Positions 62,691 through 64,000 of a DNA stretch of 64,000 bases are shown here, in pieces (within the stretch, counting starts at the first letter, position 1; every line of letters starts with the position of its first letter). Location: the NCBI GenBank assembly GCA_964016885.1, contig OZ024741.1, forward strand, positions 169,508,001-169,572,000. The letters run 5' to 3'. The stretch is from Eledone cirrhosa (Eukaryota). The notes under the pieces are model-generated. The model saw nothing but the letters and a program-made list of their open reading frames with translations, did not search any database and was not told the DNA's origin. The translations under genes were made by a program, and so were the position numbers.

Positions 62691-64000
62691 TTGTATCCCA
62701 TTTGACCTTGGGTTGAATGTGTCTGTAATACAGCTTCTCTGTATATTCTAGCCTTATGTCTTTTACAAAACTACATTCAACACACACACACACACACACA
62801 TATATTTGTATAAAAATTATTATAGAAATGGCTTCTACAGGACTAGAACTGTTTTATTTGAAGGAAATCATCGTGGCTTTCCTGATGATTTCCTTAAAAA
62901 AAAACAGTTCTAGTCCTGTAGAAGCCATTTTTATATTAAATTTTATGTTTACACTCTAGTAATATATTGAGTACCTTACTGTGGTTACCCCTGATTGAAC
63001 CCGGGACTCACACACACACATATATATATATATATATTTACACACATTCAATTCGTCCCCTCTTTTTCTCATGTATATGCTTATTTAAATATGTGATAGA
63101 TCTTATCTAGCATGTTACATTAGCAGAGGATTGGCAAAAATCATTATGACCCTTTACTTTCAACTCCTGCAGAGGTCAGCTTTGCCTTTCATCCTTCTGG
63201 GGTCAATCAATACAATCAATTTTCTTCTCTCAAAAATTGTTCGCCTCATACTTAGATTAGAAACAATTATTAAAAGCAGAATCGCTAGCGTCAGATAAAA
63301 TGTTTTGAGGTATTTTTTTCCAACATTTATGTTTTCTGTTCATATTCCACTAAAGTCAACTTTACTTTTCAGTCTTCTGGGGTGGGGGTGGAGGTTGTCA
63401 ATAAAATATAGTACCACAGAAGTACTGGAGTCGGTATAATCGATTTTCCCCTCTTCTCTAAATTGCTGGTCTTGTATCTAAATCAGAAATCATTAACTCT
63501 TAGGAGACGACTGGGCCTATCTGTTGGCTGAAAAGTTGAACGACGAAGAAGACGACTGGGCCGATCGGTCAGCCCGATAATACAAGTATCGAGATTAGCT
63601 GGCTGGTCTTCATACTGGCCAATCAGATTGCTTCTTGCATTTCTTGCACATCTGAGCCTTCCAATGGTGGCTTCCATGATAGTTTGCTGTGATCTATTTA
63701 TCATGCACTTTATTTTTGATAATTTTTTTTTTTTAAATAAGTGCATGCCCTCTGTAGGGCTTGTGAAAAGGGCTCCGTCTTGGCACAGAGACTCCAAATG
63801 AGGCTCTATCTCTAAAGGGTTATGGGTGGTAGATTGGCAGAATTGCTAGCATGAGACAGAACATCATGCAATATTTGTTCCAGGTGTTTACCTTCTGAGT
63901 TAAAATACCACAAAGTCAACTTTACTTTCCTTCTCTGATAAAATAAAGTTCCAGTAAAGTATTGGTGTCTGTATAATCACCTTTCTCATCCTCACAAATT

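Noticed and set aside
62407-62799. Asp/Ser/Gly-rich and Leu/Ser/Pro-rich ORFs
   Set aside because: They are translations of the trinucleotide repeat. The real exon ends at the 62485 donor.

Overview
AT-rich eukaryotic genomic DNA, not prokaryotic. The (TA)n/(ATC)n microsatellites, RTE LINEs and tRNA-derived SINE families suggest an octopod cephalopod (inference). The only confidently identified host gene is WDHD1 (AND-1/Ctf4) on the + strand. Nine coding exons (21965-62485) splice in frame into its N-terminal WD40 domain, and the gene continues beyond the window. A second, unidentified gene appears to start head-to-head on the - strand (ATG GCG TCT G|GTAAGT at 21442), and an E2F site lies in the ~520 bp shared promoter. 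Most of the rest is nested transposable elements: a 5'-truncated RTE LINE with an uninterrupted ORF containing a PHD finger, degenerate RTE, Vingi, L1/Tx1, CR1 and CRE fragments, two SINE families, four non-autonomous Helitrons, mariner and hAT fossils, and hAT, piggyBac and Tc1-type MITEs. The most notable extras are hammerhead-ribozyme-like cores (two with the U3:A8 covariation) in microsatellite-flanked DNA, a SINE whose 3' tail swaps between two resident RTE families, and inverted repeats bracketing single WDHD1 exons. Repeat boundaries are approximate. All family assignments are from motif recognition, with no database search.
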